Assembly (NCBI GenBank): GCA_018394315.1
Contig: CP074575.1
Location: 310,001 to 374,000, forward strand
Direction: 5' to 3'
Origin: Mycoplasmatota bacterium
GTDB taxonomy: Bacteria; Bacillota_I; Bacilli_A; MAG-NZ
Length of the DNA: 64,000 nucleotides
The position numbers were made by a program, and so were the translations under genes. Below are positions 39,562 to 50,528 of the stretch, piece by piece. The first letter of the stretch is position 1. Each line of letters begins with the position of its first letter. The notes below the pieces were generated by a model. That model made no database searches. It worked only from the letters and a program-made list of their open reading frames with translations, and was not told the origin of the DNA.

Positions 39562-40826
39562 TGCTTACCGTTTCTCAATTTTCTAGCAAGAATTTTTGGT
39601 TCTAAGGCTATATTTTCACCTCTTAATAAACCAGCTACTCCTGTGGTTTGATTATCTTCTTGGCAATACTCACAATCACAATGATCATCGTAATTATTAG
39701 GTACATGATACGTAGTTATCACGCCTTCAAAGTTCCTTAAAACTACTCTTCTTGGTGATTGAGATATCATATATTGAGGCATAACAGGAATTTTCCCTCC
39801 TCCACCTGGTGCATCAACAACAAATGTTGGTACTGCAAATCCAGATGTATGTCCTCTAAGTGCCTCTATTATTTCTATTCCTTTTGTAATAGGAGTTCTA
39901 AAGTGTTCAATACCTTCAGACAAATCACATTGATATATGTAATATGGTCTAATTCGTAACGCTACTAAATCGTGAACTAGCTTTTTCATAATATTAACAC
40001 AATCGTTAATACCACGAAGTAAAACTGACTGATTTCCTAACGGAATTCCAGCATCAGCTAATAAATCAATAGCTCTTTTAGATTCTAACGTAAATTCTTT
40101 TGAATGATTAAAGTGAGTATTGAACCAAATAGGCTGATACTTTTTCATAATGTTAACTAGCTCTGGTGTAATTCTTTGCGGCATTACCACTGGAACTCTA
40201 GAACCAATTCTGATTATTTCTACATGTTCGATATTTCTTAATTCACTTAATATATAGTCTAATCTTTCATCACTTACTAATAATGCGTCTCCACCTGATA
40301 ATAATACATCTCTAATTTGTGTATTTTTCTTGATATAGTCAATAGCCATTTTAACTTTATCAATTGCATACGATGCATCTGTTTGACCAGCTAATCTTCT
40401 TCTTGTACAGTGTCTACAATACATACTACACATATCAGTAATTAGTAATAAAACTCTGTCTGGATATCTATGCGTTAAACCAGGAACAGGAGAATCCCCA
40501 TCTTCGTGTAGTGGATCAGTTAAGTCGTGTTTCCCAATATGAGTTTCATAAGCGCTCGGTACCGCTTGCATCCTTATTGGACACTTAGGATTATTAGGGT
40601 CCATCAAAGCAAAATAATATGGAGTTATACTCATCCTAAATCTATCCAAAACTTTTTCAATTGACTCTTTTTCTGATTTCTCAAGTTTAATATATTTTTC
40701 AATTTTTTCAATTGAATCTATTCTATTTTGTACTTGCCATTTCCAGTCATTCCATTCCTTAGCACTCACATTTGGAAAGTACTTCGCTTTTCTTTTTAAA
40801 TAATCATTATTTAACTTAACACTCAT
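39558..40826 (-). CDS. kamA: Lysine 2,3-aminomutase (radical SAM)
   Basis: LTHRYPDRV, CSMYCRHC, LSGGD, APGGGGKIP. Confidence 0.97.
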   Translation of the reverse strand: MSVKLNNDYLKRKAKYFPNVSAKEWNDWKWQVQNRIDSIEKIEKYIKLEKSEKESIEKVLDRFRMSITPYYFALMDPNNPKCPIRMQAVPSAYETHIGKHDLTDPLHEDGDSPVPGLTHRYPDRVLLLITDMCSMYCRHCTRRRLAGQTDASYAIDKVKMAIDYIKKNTQIRDVLLSGGDALLVSDERLDYILSELRNIEHVEIIRIGSRVPVVMPQRITPELVNIMKKYQPIWFNTHFNHSKEFTLESKRAIDLLADAGIPLGNQSVLLRGINDCVNIMKKLVHDLVALRIRPYYIYQCDLSEGIEHFRTPITKGIEIIEALRGHTSGFAVPTFVVDAPGGGGKIPVMPQYMISQSPRRVVLRNFEGVITTYHVPNNYDDHCDCEYCQEDNQTTGVAGLLRGENIALEPKILARKLRNGKQ

Positions 40827-41647
40827 AAACATTCACTCCAATCAACTTCAATTAATCTTTCTTCTATTAATTGCGTTTTTCCACTCAAAAACACTTCATC
40901 CTCAACTCTTACATAAATCAACGACTCGGCATTCATATTAACACCCTGTAAAAAAACTAACTCTTTATCAACCATTTTAAGTTCAGATAAGTAAAAACCT
41001 AACGCACTATTAGCGCTCCCAGTAGCACTTTCTTCATCAATACCATATAGCGGCGCGAAATTTCTAACGACTGCAGTATAATCACTATCCAGGGAAAACA
41101 AGTGATACCCAACCACATCAAATTCTTTACTAATTTCTTCAACCATTTTAAAATCAGGATTTATATTTAGCAAAAGATCTTTGTTCGCAATAGGTATAAG
41201 TATATCTTGTACTCCACTACTTACTACTTTAATAGGAATTCTATTATCTAAATCTTTATTTGTGATGCATAAACTTTGAAGTATCAGCTCTTCATTTAGA
41301 TCTTTTTCAACTATACTAGGTTTTCCGACAGAAAAATAAATGTCTCCATCATTAATAGCTCTTATTTCAATAGAATTTGTACTAATCTTTGCGTCAGTAA
41401 AATCTAATTGACTTAAACCAGCAACAGTAGCATGACCACAAAAATCTATTTCTGACAGTGGAGTAAAATACTGAAAATTATATTCTGAATCACTAATCTT
41501 AGTTATAAAAACAGTTTCTGATAAACCAAGTTTAGAAGCTATTTCTTGCTTAACCTTATTTGATAAATCAGAGTCAATAACAACACCTGCTAGATTTCCG
41601 CCCAATCCATTTTTTGTAAAAGCTGAAACTATCTTTACTTTAACCAT
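40823..41647 (-). CDS. PhzF family isomerase/epimerase-fold protein
   Basis: AFT..GGN.AGV, SETVF, FTP..EIDFCGHAT, RNFAP..GIDEESATGSA. Overlaps both the kdd stop and the kamA start. Confidence 0.9.
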   Translation of the reverse strand: MVKVKIVSAFTKNGLGGNLAGVVIDSDLSNKVKQEIASKLGLSETVFITKISDSEYNFQYFTPLSEIDFCGHATVAGLSQLDFTDAKISTNSIEIRAINDGDIYFSVGKPSIVEKDLNEELILQSLCITNKDLDNRIPIKVVSSGVQDILIPIANKDLLLNINPDFKMVEEISKEFDVVGYHLFSLDSDYTAVVRNFAPLYGIDEESATGSANSALGFYLSELKMVDKELVFLQGVNMNAESLIYVRVEDEVFLSGKTQLIEERLIEVDWSECL

Positions 41648-42674
41648 AGATTTCTTCAAATAATTTTCTAATCTTATCTGATTCTTTAAGAAGGTTTAAT
41701 GTTAGCTCTGCATGACCTTTTGTATATCCATTTCCAACGATCATAGTCACATCACTACCAACACCTTCTGCACCTAGTGCAGCTTTTGTGAATGAAGTAG
41801 CCATACTAAAGAAATAAACCACACCACTATCTTTAGTAATTAATATTGCACTCATTTCACAATTTGGAACATTTACAACATTTATAGTTACATCTACCTG
41901 TTCATCATTTAATGCCATAACTTTTTCATAAACATCAACAGCTTTAGTAGCATCCGCGACAATAATATCATCTGTTACACCTAATTCTTTTAACCCCTTT
42001 ACCTGTTCTTCGAACGGTACTATTCCGATAACCTTACCATTATTCCCAACTTTCTTTTTTGCTTGATAGCAACATAAGACACCACTCTTACCAGCAGCAC
42101 CAATAACAGCTACCGTATCACCTTTAGAAACTAATTTGTCAGTTTGAGCAGGTGCTCCAGCTACATCTAAAGCGGCTAAAACTAATTTCTCAGGCATATC
42201 ACTAGGAACTTTTGCATAAATCCCAGACTCAAAAAGAATTGCTTCACCATCAATATCTACTTGATCGTTTTCTAGTTTGATATCTCTAATTTTCTTTATT
42301 TTTAGTGGAGTTAAACTTAAACTAACTAAAGTAGCAATAGTATCTCCAACAGATAAACTCTTATCAGGAAAATCTGTTCCGATTTCCTTTACCCTGCCAA
42401 TTAACATTCCTCCAGAACCAGTAACTGGATTCTGCATTTTACCTCTTTTACTAACTATATCTGAAATCATCTCTTCCATTAATGATTTATCAGAATTACA
42501 AACATCTTTTATTTGTGTAAAACTTGCTGAATCAATATTTAAAGTAATTACCTCAATTAATAATTCGTTTGAATTAATTTTCATTTCATTATTAATTTTT
42601 AATGCTGCTTGTGGTAATACACCACTTGGTTCTACTACTCTATGAGTACCAAATCTACATCCTTTATTCATCAT
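41640..42674 (-). CDS. kdd: L-erythro-3,5-diaminohexanoate dehydrogenase
   Basis: GTHRVVEP, NIDSASF, QNPVTGSGGMLIG, FFSMATSF. Confidence 0.95.
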   Translation of the reverse strand: MMNKGCRFGTHRVVEPSGVLPQAALKINNEMKINSNELLIEVITLNIDSASFTQIKDVCNSDKSLMEEMISDIVSKRGKMQNPVTGSGGMLIGRVKEIGTDFPDKSLSVGDTIATLVSLSLTPLKIKKIRDIKLENDQVDIDGEAILFESGIYAKVPSDMPEKLVLAALDVAGAPAQTDKLVSKGDTVAVIGAAGKSGVLCCYQAKKKVGNNGKVIGIVPFEEQVKGLKELGVTDDIIVADATKAVDVYEKVMALNDEQVDVTINVVNVPNCEMSAILITKDSGVVYFFSMATSFTKAALGAEGVGSDVTMIVGNGYTKGHAELTLNLLKESDKIRKLFEEIYG

Positions 42675-43494
42675 ACACCTCTATTCCTAAAATTTTTCTA
42701 GCCTCGTTAGGGGTAGCTATTTCTCTACCAAATTCAAGTGCTAATCTAACTACTTTAGCAACTAACTCGCCATTATCTTTAGCTAAAACTCCTTTTCTAA
42801 TGTAAATATTATCTTCTAATCCAACTCTTACGTGACCACCCTCTAAAATAGAGGCAACTGCAAGAGGAAATTCATATCTACCAACACCAGCAACAGAGTA
42901 AGTCGTACCATGTGGTAGTGATTCCTTCAAAAACAGGAAATCTCTAAGCTCACCACTTTGTCCACCATTAACTCCTAAAACAAAACTTACATGCATTGGT
43001 GATTTGATATATCTTTTTTTATGTAATCTTAAAACCATATCAAGATGTCCCTTTTCAAAACATTCTAATTCTGGTTTTATTCCTTTACCATATATTCTTT
43101 CAGCAAACTTTTTAATATCGTTCTCAGTATTAACAAAAATTTCATCTCCACCAAAGTTAAGAGTTCCACAATCTAAAGTACACATTTCTATATCAATTTC
43201 AGTTGGTGCTAATCTCTCATCAATACTCATCCCAACAGCCCCACCCGTAGATGGCTGAATAATTACATCAGGACACTCTTTCTTTATCGCTTTAATCGCT
43301 TGATTAAATCTATCCTTACTTTGAGTAGGTGTCCCATCATCTTCTCTAACATGTAAATGTATAATAGCAGCACCTGCATCATAAGCACTTTTAGCTTCTC
43401 TTACTATTTCCTCAATCGTATAAGGGATAGCTTCAGTATGATCCTTAGTAACTTCTGCTCCGCAAATAGCCGCGGTTATAATCAATTTTTCCAT
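42664..43494 (-). CDS. kce: 3-keto-5-aminohexanoate cleavage enzyme
   Basis: IHLHVR, QPSTGG, GTLNFG, GHVRVGLED. Confidence 0.95.
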   Translation of the reverse strand: MEKLIITAAICGAEVTKDHTEAIPYTIEEIVREAKSAYDAGAAIIHLHVREDDGTPTQSKDRFNQAIKAIKKECPDVIIQPSTGGAVGMSIDERLAPTEIDIEMCTLDCGTLNFGGDEIFVNTENDIKKFAERIYGKGIKPELECFEKGHLDMVLRLHKKRYIKSPMHVSFVLGVNGGQSGELRDFLFLKESLPHGTTYSVAGVGRYEFPLAVASILEGGHVRVGLEDNIYIRKGVLAKDNGELVAKVVRLALEFGREIATPNEARKILGIEVYDE

Positions 43495-43495
43495 A

Positions 43496-43876
43496 TTATT
43501 TCCTCTGTTTATCTTTTGGGACTACGCAAGTTCCACTAGCCCTCGCTACTAAGATAGGTTCATCCAATAAATCACACGCAGAATCACTAATATCTGGTCT
43601 TGGAACGATAACTTTATACGCTTCAAAGACCATTTTTCTTGAAGTGTTACCAGTATTGACTATCTCTCCTTTAGCCTCAATAAAATCACCTGCATAAACT
43701 GGAGCCAAGAACTCAATCATATCGTAAGCTTTAAATAAACCTTCATCCCCATCATTTTTTATTAAGAGTTCGGTCGCAACATCTCCAAATAAAGCTAACA
43801 TTCTTGCTCCATCCACTAATCCACCACCATAATGTGCATCATGAGCACTCATTCTAATTCTAATAACAGATTTCAT
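43496..43876 (-). CDS. kal: 3-aminobutyryl-CoA ammonia lyase
   Basis: Hotdog fold [17 protein letters not shown]...FGDVATELL; first gene of the lysine operon. Confidence 0.95.
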   Translation of the reverse strand: MKSVIRIRMSAHDAHYGGGLVDGARMLALFGDVATELLIKNDGDEGLFKAYDMIEFLAPVYAGDFIEAKGEIVNTGNTSRKMVFEAYKVIVPRPDISDSACDLLDEPILVARASGTCVVPKDKQRK

Positions 43877-43900
43877 ATTTCCTCCTAAAAATTAAAGAAT

Positions 43901-43929
43901 AAAAAACCGACTGCTTAAAAGCAGTCGGT
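43901..43929 (-). terminator. Riboswitch expression-platform terminator
   Basis: ACCGACTGC-TTTTAA-GCAGTCGGT followed by a U-run, 25 nt upstream of kal. Confidence 0.85.
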
Positions 43930-44082
43930 GGTTCTCCATCAAAAAATGACAGCCTTACTTCCATCCAAAGTAAGTCCAACAAATAGGCCGGGCCTTCCTA
44001 TTTATTTCGGCACTATAATCTTTTTACTATCTTCAACGTTGCCAACTCCAATAGCATATACATTAATAGTGCTCCCCCACAA
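43928..44082 (-). ncRNA. Lysine riboswitch (L-box), divergent variant
   Basis: Minus strand GTGG-GGGAGC...GCCGAA...TTGG...GCTGTC...GGAGAA-CCAC with P1-P5 helices; TTGAGC-17-TATAAT promoter at 44128-44100. Confidence 0.85.
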
Positions 44083-44131
44083 ATATTCAATTCACCAAAA
44101 TTATAACATAAGAGCCCTATAAGCTCAATAA

Positions 44132-44932
44132 TCAAATAAATAATACTAAACTAACTGCCATTATAAACATTCCTAAGACTAATCCATACATTGCTGAATG
44201 TGCTTCACCGTACTCTCTGGCTGTAGGTAATAACTCATCCAATGAAATAAAAACCATTATCCCCGCTACCGAAGCGAAAACAATACCAAACACAACTTCA
44301 TTCAAAAAAGGCATAAGTATCAAGTAGCCAATCAAAGCGCCAACAGGCTCAGATAAACCAGATAGAAATGATAATCCAAATGCTTTTTTTCTATCTCCTG
44401 TTGCATAGAATAAAGGTATTGAAACAGCTATCCCTTCTGGAATGTTATGGATAGCAATTGCGATTGCAATTGCAATTCCTAGCGAAGGATCTTGAATAGC
44501 GCTAGTGAACGTAACTAACCCCTCTGGAAAATTATGAATTGCTATCGCTAAAGCAGTATACTTACCCATCTTAACCAAACTTGATTTATTAAGTTCTTTT
44601 ACATCCTCTACTCTTCTTACTTCATGAGGATTATCCTCTGATGGAACTAATTTATCTATAATCCCTATTAATAACATCCCACCAAAGAATGCTAATATGA
44701 CAGTTATATTTCCCAGTTCATCTCCAAGCTCATTTACTAAAGATGTTTTAGCCTTAGAAAAAATTTCTACCATTGAAACATAGATCATTACTCCTGCTGA
44801 AAAACCTAACGCAACTGATAACATCTTAGTATTAGTCCTTTTAGCAAAGAAAGCTATTAGTCCACCAATTCCAGTAGATAATCCTGCAAACAAAGTTAAC
44901 AGAAACGCTAATAGTATAGTATTAAATTCCAT
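44132..44932 (-). CDS. zupT: ZIP family zinc transporter ZupT
   Basis: HNFPEG and HNIPEG motifs. Confidence 0.95.
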   Translation of the reverse strand: MEFNTILLAFLLTLFAGLSTGIGGLIAFFAKRTNTKMLSVALGFSAGVMIYVSMVEIFSKAKTSLVNELGDELGNITVILAFFGGMLLIGIIDKLVPSEDNPHEVRRVEDVKELNKSSLVKMGKYTALAIAIHNFPEGLVTFTSAIQDPSLGIAIAIAIAIHNIPEGIAVSIPLFYATGDRKKAFGLSFLSGLSEPVGALIGYLILMPFLNEVVFGIVFASVAGIMVFISLDELLPTAREYGEAHSAMYGLVLGMFIMAVSLVLFI

Positions 44933-44946
44933 AAAACCACCTAACC

Positions 44947-45360
44947 CTACTTAGGAGGCATCACTAATGCATTACCCTCAATAACAACTACACCATCTTG
45001 ATTAGTTGTTATAGTTTCCATTTTAACTCTATTCTTTTCTAGTATTTCTTTAACAATAACTTTAGCAGTTAGCTCATCACCCAAATAAACTGGTGCTAAA
45101 AATCTAACTTCCTGAGACAAGTAGATTGTCCCATATCCAGGCAATTTAGTCCCTAAAATAGTTGAAAAAAGAGATGCACATAACATTCCATGAGCAATAC
45201 GCTTTTTAAAGATTGTTTTAGAAGCATACTCACTATCAAAGTGAGCTGGATTCATATCACCAGATACTTCACCGAACAACTCTACTTCTTTTTCTGTTAT
45301 TTTCTTCTTAAATGTTTCGAAATCACCTACATTAATTTCTGATATTCTTTTACCGATCAT
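44947..45360 (-). CDS. MaoC/PhaJ family (R)-specific enoyl-CoA hydratase
   Basis: SGDMNPAH hydratase-2 motif, IAHGML, LPGYGTIY. Confidence 0.9.
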   Translation of the reverse strand: MIGKRISEINVGDFETFKKKITEKEVELFGEVSGDMNPAHFDSEYASKTIFKKRIAHGMLCASLFSTILGTKLPGYGTIYLSQEVRFLAPVYLGDELTAKVIVKEILEKNRVKMETITTNQDGVVVIEGNALVMPPK

Positions 45361-45476
45361 AATCTAATACCTCCATTTACCAGAATAATTCATGTTTCAT
45401 AATATGATTCACACTATTTCTAATTAAATAAGATAAATACATTTTTATGTTAGCATAATTTATTATATCTGTAAAT

Positions 45477-46448
45477 TTAACATAATATATCTTTTAAAAC
45501 TCTTAGTGCATTCTTATACCAAATCTTTTCAATTTCTTCCTCTGTAAAGCCCTCATCTTTTAAAGCATTAATTAATTTGTCCATCTCAGATATATTATTA
45601 ATCTCTAAAATTCCTTCAATTCCATCAAAATCAGTACCGAGCGCAATACAGTCAATTCCTCCAACTTCTTTTATATGTTTAATGTTTTTAACTAGGTCCT
45701 TTACATACATCTCTTTACTTTTAGTATCTTCAGTTAGAAAAGCACTACAAAAATTGATTCCAGTTACTCCACCTCTTAAAGATAATGCTTTAATCATATC
45801 ATCGGTTAAGTTTCTTACATGATGACCAATACTTCTTGCATTAGAGTGTGATGCAACAAATGGTTTAGTCGAGTACTTGACTACATCCCAAAAACCAGCA
45901 TCAGATAAATGAGATACGTCTATTATCATCCCTAACTCATTCATCTTAGCTATAGCTTTGATACCAAAATCGGTCAATCCCTTACTCATATTCTCTTTCG
46001 GGACATTCGGATACCCTAAAGAATTAACATAATTCCAAGTAATAGTTATAAGTCTAACCCCCATGTCATAATATTCTTGAAATCTTTCTAGCTTACCATC
46101 TACTGACCCAGCACCCTCAATAGCTAATAAGGCTGATATCTTACTATCTTTTGAATTCCTACTAATATCACTAAATTCTTTGACAATAGCTATTTCGTCT
46201 TTATGTATTTCTACTTCTTCCATAAATCTATCATACATCTCTAATACTAATTCATGTTGATTACTCGCCTTTACATCTTCTCTTTCGCAAAACTCTGGTG
46301 AAGCGAAAATCGCAAAGGTCTGTAAATAAGAATTAGACTCTTTTAGTTTACTTAAATCAACATGAAAATCGTTTTTATTTAAAAGACCTTTTTCTTTATT
46401 AAATAAAAGCTTCAAAATAGTATCACAATGTAAATCAATCATTTTCAT
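45477..46448 (-). CDS. Membrane dipeptidase (peptidase M19)
   Basis: DLHCD, IEG, DVSH, ASHSN, GTDFDG. Confidence 0.92.
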   Translation of the reverse strand: MKMIDLHCDTILKLLFNKEKGLLNKNDFHVDLSKLKESNSYLQTFAIFASPEFCEREDVKASNQHELVLEMYDRFMEEVEIHKDEIAIVKEFSDISRNSKDSKISALLAIEGAGSVDGKLERFQEYYDMGVRLITITWNYVNSLGYPNVPKENMSKGLTDFGIKAIAKMNELGMIIDVSHLSDAGFWDVVKYSTKPFVASHSNARSIGHHVRNLTDDMIKALSLRGGVTGINFCSAFLTEDTKSKEMYVKDLVKNIKHIKEVGGIDCIALGTDFDGIEGILEINNISEMDKLINALKDEGFTEEEIEKIWYKNALRVLKDILC

Positions 46449-46544
46449 ATATATCACCCACTTTATAGTTTAACACAAAAAGAGCCTATGGCTCTAATTC
46501 TGTTATATATAATTAAGTAGTAACTAATCGGATAATTGAATAAC

Positions 46545-46991
46545 TTATTTCAACAAACTAGTTAACATCCATAATTCCTTTTCATAAAAATCAATATAAT
46601 CACTAAATAAAGAAGCAGTAGTTGGATCATTTATATTATTTGCAAGAATCAAAATTTTTCTGGCACTATCCAGTAAATACTTAAAGTCATTAATTATATA
46701 CTCAATAACTTCTGCACCTTTATAATCCCTACTCTTCATTTCTTTTATCTTAGTTTGTTTTGCATACTCACTTAGCAAAGTCTCAGGATATGTATTGAGC
46801 ATTTTCATCCTTTCAGCTACCTGATCATACATAAGTTCTGCTTGTTCATAATATGCTTGAGTTCTTTCATGAATATCACCAAAAAACGGCCCTACTACAT
46901 TCCAGTGTAAATTATGTAATTTTACATTCAGTGCCGCCATATCCATAACGTATTGATCTAATCGACTTATTAGATTATCATTGTTAAACAA
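46545..46991 (-). CDS. dps: Dps family ferritin-like protein
   Basis: KLHNLHWNVVGPFF..H..D.VAER and EKELWM. Probable TTG start after a GGGGTG RBS. Confidence 0.88.
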   Translation of the reverse strand: MFNNDNLISRLDQYVMDMAALNVKLHNLHWNVVGPFFGDIHERTQAYYEQAELMYDQVAERMKMLNTYPETLLSEYAKQTKIKEMKSRDYKGAEVIEYIINDFKYLLDSARKILILANNINDPTTASLFSDYIDFYEKELWMLTSLLK

Positions 46992-47080
46992 ATTATCACC
47001 CCTAATAAAATGTATTAATCTAAAAAGAGTTCTATACAAAAAAGATACCGATTATACGATATCTTCTTAAATTTTATAAC

Positions 47081-49069
47081 TTACTCATTAAAATGTCTTT
47101 TTAACTCTTCTAAAGAAGTAATCGGCTCCTTACAAGAGTAATTTTCGCAAATGTATATAGTAAAGTCTTCGTTTTTATTCTTATAGTTCTCCAAGAACTT
47201 AAATTCTTTTATACTCTCTTCATCCTTCAAAATGACTGAAGTAAATGGCATATGCTTTCCTCTTAGATATACTAATACCTCTTTCATCTTCTTCTTATCA
47301 CCTGTTATTACTACTTCCTTAGTAGAATTAAGAATCATTTGATAAGAACTAAGCATAGCGCTATATCCAGTTTCATAACTCTTTATCTCGCTAGAAAAAT
47401 AATCAATAGTACCTTCAGCATATTGAATTAGAGATTCATCTTGATAAATTCTTGCTAGTCTTATTATATTTCTTATAGCTATAGAGTTACCTGATGGCAT
47501 AGCCCCATCATAACCTTCTTTTGGTCTATAGATTAACTCTTCAGAATCATTTCCAGTTAAATAGAATGCACCCAACTCATTATCATAAAATAGATCTATC
47601 ATGAGTTTATTTATTTCATAAGCTTTCTTAATATATTTTATATTAAATGTAGATTGATAAAGTTCAATTAATGAATCAACCAAAAATGCATAATCATCTA
47701 AATAACCTAAATAGGAGCTCTCTCCATCAATATGTCTAGCAAGTAGTCTATCATCCTCTATTAAATTACATAAAACAAATTCAACTGCTTTTTCTGCGAT
47801 CTTAGTGTAAGTATCTTCCAAAAAAACTCTACCAGCCGAAGCAAAAGCTGAAATCATCAATCCATTCCATGAAGTAAGAATTTTCTTATCCTTATGCGGC
47901 CTCTTTCTGTTTTCTCTAAAGTCAAACAACTTCATCCTTTGATTGTCAGATAATGAATTATTTATATCTGAGTTAATTAAATTTAATATATTCTTACCTT
48001 CAAAATTCCCTGCTTGAGTTACATTATACAGTTCACAAATTATAGGAGCTTCTTTTTCTAAAATTCTATAAATTTCGTCTCTTTCGAATAAATAAAATTT
48101 CCCCTCTTCTCCCTCGCTATCAGCGTCTTCTGCAGAATAGAACGCTCCCTCTTCAGAAGTCATATCTCTATCAATATATATAAATATACTTTTAATTACT
48201 CTTTTATATAGTGGATTCTTTGTTATTTTATACGCTTCTAAATAAGCAATAACTAAAAGCGCATTGTCATAAAGCATCTTCTCAAAATGAGGAACTAACC
48301 ATTTTTCATCAACAGAATACCTAGAAAATCCGAATCCAATATGATCAAAAATCCCACCTCTATACATTGACTTCAAAGTATGTTCGACCATCTCTAGTAG
48401 TTCTTTATCATCAGAAATGTAATAATTATTCAATAAGAATGTTAGATTATGTGGCGATGGGAACTTAGGTAAATGTCCAAATCCACCATATGACTCATCA
48501 TAGAGCCTTTTATAAGATGAGATGGCTTTCTCAATAGTTTCTTTACCAATACTAACAACATTACCGACCTTGTTCTCTAGAATTGAGGAAAAGTCATTTG
48601 CTCTTTTAATAATGTTTTCCTTGTCTTCTTTCCATAGCTCACTTATCTTAGTTAGCACCTCTATAAGTCCCGAAAAGCCTGCTCGCCTATTTTTAGGTAG
48701 ATATGTGAAGGCATAGATTGGTTTCTTATCTGGAGTCAGAATTACATTTAGTGGCCATCCACCACTCCCGGTTAATCGCTGACATGCTTTCATGTATATA
48801 CTATCAATATCAGGTCTTTCTTCACGATCAACTTTTATTGATATAAAATGATCGTTTAACACATAAGCCACTTCATCATCCTCAAAACTCTCTTTCTCCA
48901 TTACATGACACCAATGACATGTTGAGTACCCAATACTCAAAAATATTAACCTGTCTTCGTCTTTGGCCTTTTTGAGTGCATTATCTTTCCAAGTGTACCA
49001 ATAAACAGGATTATAGGCATGTTGTAATAAATAAGGACTTTTTTCATTTATCAAATTATTCACATTCAT
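47081..49069 (-). CDS. YyaL/SSP411 thioredoxin domain-containing protein
   Basis: [37 protein letters not shown]. Confidence 0.93.
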   Translation of the reverse strand: MNVNNLINEKSPYLLQHAYNPVYWYTWKDNALKKAKDEDRLIFLSIGYSTCHWCHVMEKESFEDDEVAYVLNDHFISIKVDREERPDIDSIYMKACQRLTGSGGWPLNVILTPDKKPIYAFTYLPKNRRAGFSGLIEVLTKISELWKEDKENIIKRANDFSSILENKVGNVVSIGKETIEKAISSYKRLYDESYGGFGHLPKFPSPHNLTFLLNNYYISDDKELLEMVEHTLKSMYRGGIFDHIGFGFSRYSVDEKWLVPHFEKMLYDNALLVIAYLEAYKITKNPLYKRVIKSIFIYIDRDMTSEEGAFYSAEDADSEGEEGKFYLFERDEIYRILEKEAPIICELYNVTQAGNFEGKNILNLINSDINNSLSDNQRMKLFDFRENRKRPHKDKKILTSWNGLMISAFASAGRVFLEDTYTKIAEKAVEFVLCNLIEDDRLLARHIDGESSYLGYLDDYAFLVDSLIELYQSTFNIKYIKKAYEINKLMIDLFYDNELGAFYLTGNDSEELIYRPKEGYDGAMPSGNSIAIRNIIRLARIYQDESLIQYAEGTIDYFSSEIKSYETGYSAMLSSYQMILNSTKEVVITGDKKKMKEVLVYLRGKHMPFTSVILKDEESIKEFKFLENYKNKNEDFTIYICENYSCKEPITSLEELKRHFNE

Positions 49070-49190
49070 ATGATCACCCAATTTATTGTTTCCACTTAGC
49101 TGCTTTATATGATTTCTAATCATAAAATATCACTGAATAGTATGGATGAAAAAAGGTATCACTCTAAAGAATGATACCTAACGTTTATTT

Positions 49191-50324
49191 TTATTTTCTA
49201 AATCTCTTATAAATAAATCTTACCGGTAAATATATTACTCCTAATATCAATAAGTATGGACCAATAACTATTATCCCTAACACTAAGAATTCTACAACTG
49301 AAACAACAGAGTTAATCGATGCATCAAACAAATCAGTACTTTTGATCAAGAAAGTTTTTTTAGTATGCACATCTTTATAATATTTATTTGACTCAGTATG
49401 ATCAGATTCTAATCCATAGACTTCAATACTATATACTTCATCTGATTCAAGATTGTCAACTGTAAATGATACATAACTAGAGCCATGAGTATCTTCTTCT
49501 AGTTCTTCTACGAGCTCTCCATTTAATTTTATTTTTGCATAAAGAGTTGCTGCATTTTTACTTTCATTATAAACACTAAATGTAATAGATTTGGTACCGA
49601 TTTCTAAATCTATTATATTAGGCCTTTCAGTCTTAGGTAGTTGTTCAGGTTCGTCACTCACAAGATTAATAGTTAAGTTTATAGTACTATAATCTATTAG
49701 CGAATCATAGTTTGATAGCTGACTCCCAATATAATTTAGATCAGCTTCAACTTCAACCCGAACCGCTTCAAGGGCTATTATACTTTCTACACTATCTGCA
49801 ACTTCAATTAACTCAAGTATTCTTTTATGTTCCGCTTCTAAAGCTTCTTTTCTAGATTCAAAAGTAGAATACTTAGTAGTAACATCTTGAGAAGTCTTGG
49901 AATAGCTAATTACCTCTCCATCCGTTTTAATGTCATTTACAAAATCTATCAAATTCTCTGATCTAACTCTAATTTTTAAAGTGAATCGTTTCTCTGTAAT
50001 CGTCTCTTGTTCAATGTATGCATCATATAAAGCGAGTTTATTTACTAAATTAGTGTAAACATTATCAGGTTCAGTTGACTCAAGAACCAAATTAGAAGTA
50101 TAGATAATTTTACGATTCTCTAAAGCCGGAATATCAGATACTTCCTCAACTTTACCAGATTCTATAGAAATAGTCTCACTTGGAACTTCTACATAGACAG
50201 TCTCTACAGAAGACTCCACCTCAACTTCTTTCTCAACTTCTACTATCTTTTCAACTTCTTTTGTACAAGCTCCTATAGATAGAGATAAACCTAATACTAG
50301 CATTAAAACTAATAATTTTTTCAT
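49191..50324 (-). CDS. DUF4349 domain lipoprotein with a C-terminal membrane helix
   Basis: Lipobox IGAC; RKIIYT..L, DVT..Y and IDYSTINL motifs; GAGGGAGG RBS. Confidence 0.82.
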   Translation of the reverse strand: MKKLLVLMLVLGLSLSIGACTKEVEKIVEVEKEVEVESSVETVYVEVPSETISIESGKVEEVSDIPALENRKIIYTSNLVLESTEPDNVYTNLVNKLALYDAYIEQETITEKRFTLKIRVRSENLIDFVNDIKTDGEVISYSKTSQDVTTKYSTFESRKEALEAEHKRILELIEVADSVESIIALEAVRVEVEADLNYIGSQLSNYDSLIDYSTINLTINLVSDEPEQLPKTERPNIIDLEIGTKSITFSVYNESKNAATLYAKIKLNGELVEELEEDTHGSSYVSFTVDNLESDEVYSIEVYGLESDHTESNKYYKDVHTKKTFLIKSTDLFDASINSVVSVVEFLVLGIIVIGPYLLILGVIYLPVRFIYKRFRK

Positions 50325-50528
50325 TTTTTTCCTCCCTCTAAAATGAACAATACTCATATGAACATTACTTTTCTCTATAAGACCATATATTATATGTTCG
50401 TGAGTCTTAATAAAGTAATTTAACTTATAAATTATTATATCATATTTCATTATTACTGACTATTATAGAATTCAATATAAAAACGAGAGTTAGTCTCATT
50501 TCATCATATATAAATAGAATGAATGTTA

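Noticed and set aside
43928..44122. 64-aa plus-strand ORF
   Set aside because: It coincides with the antisense of the lysine riboswitch and its promoter.
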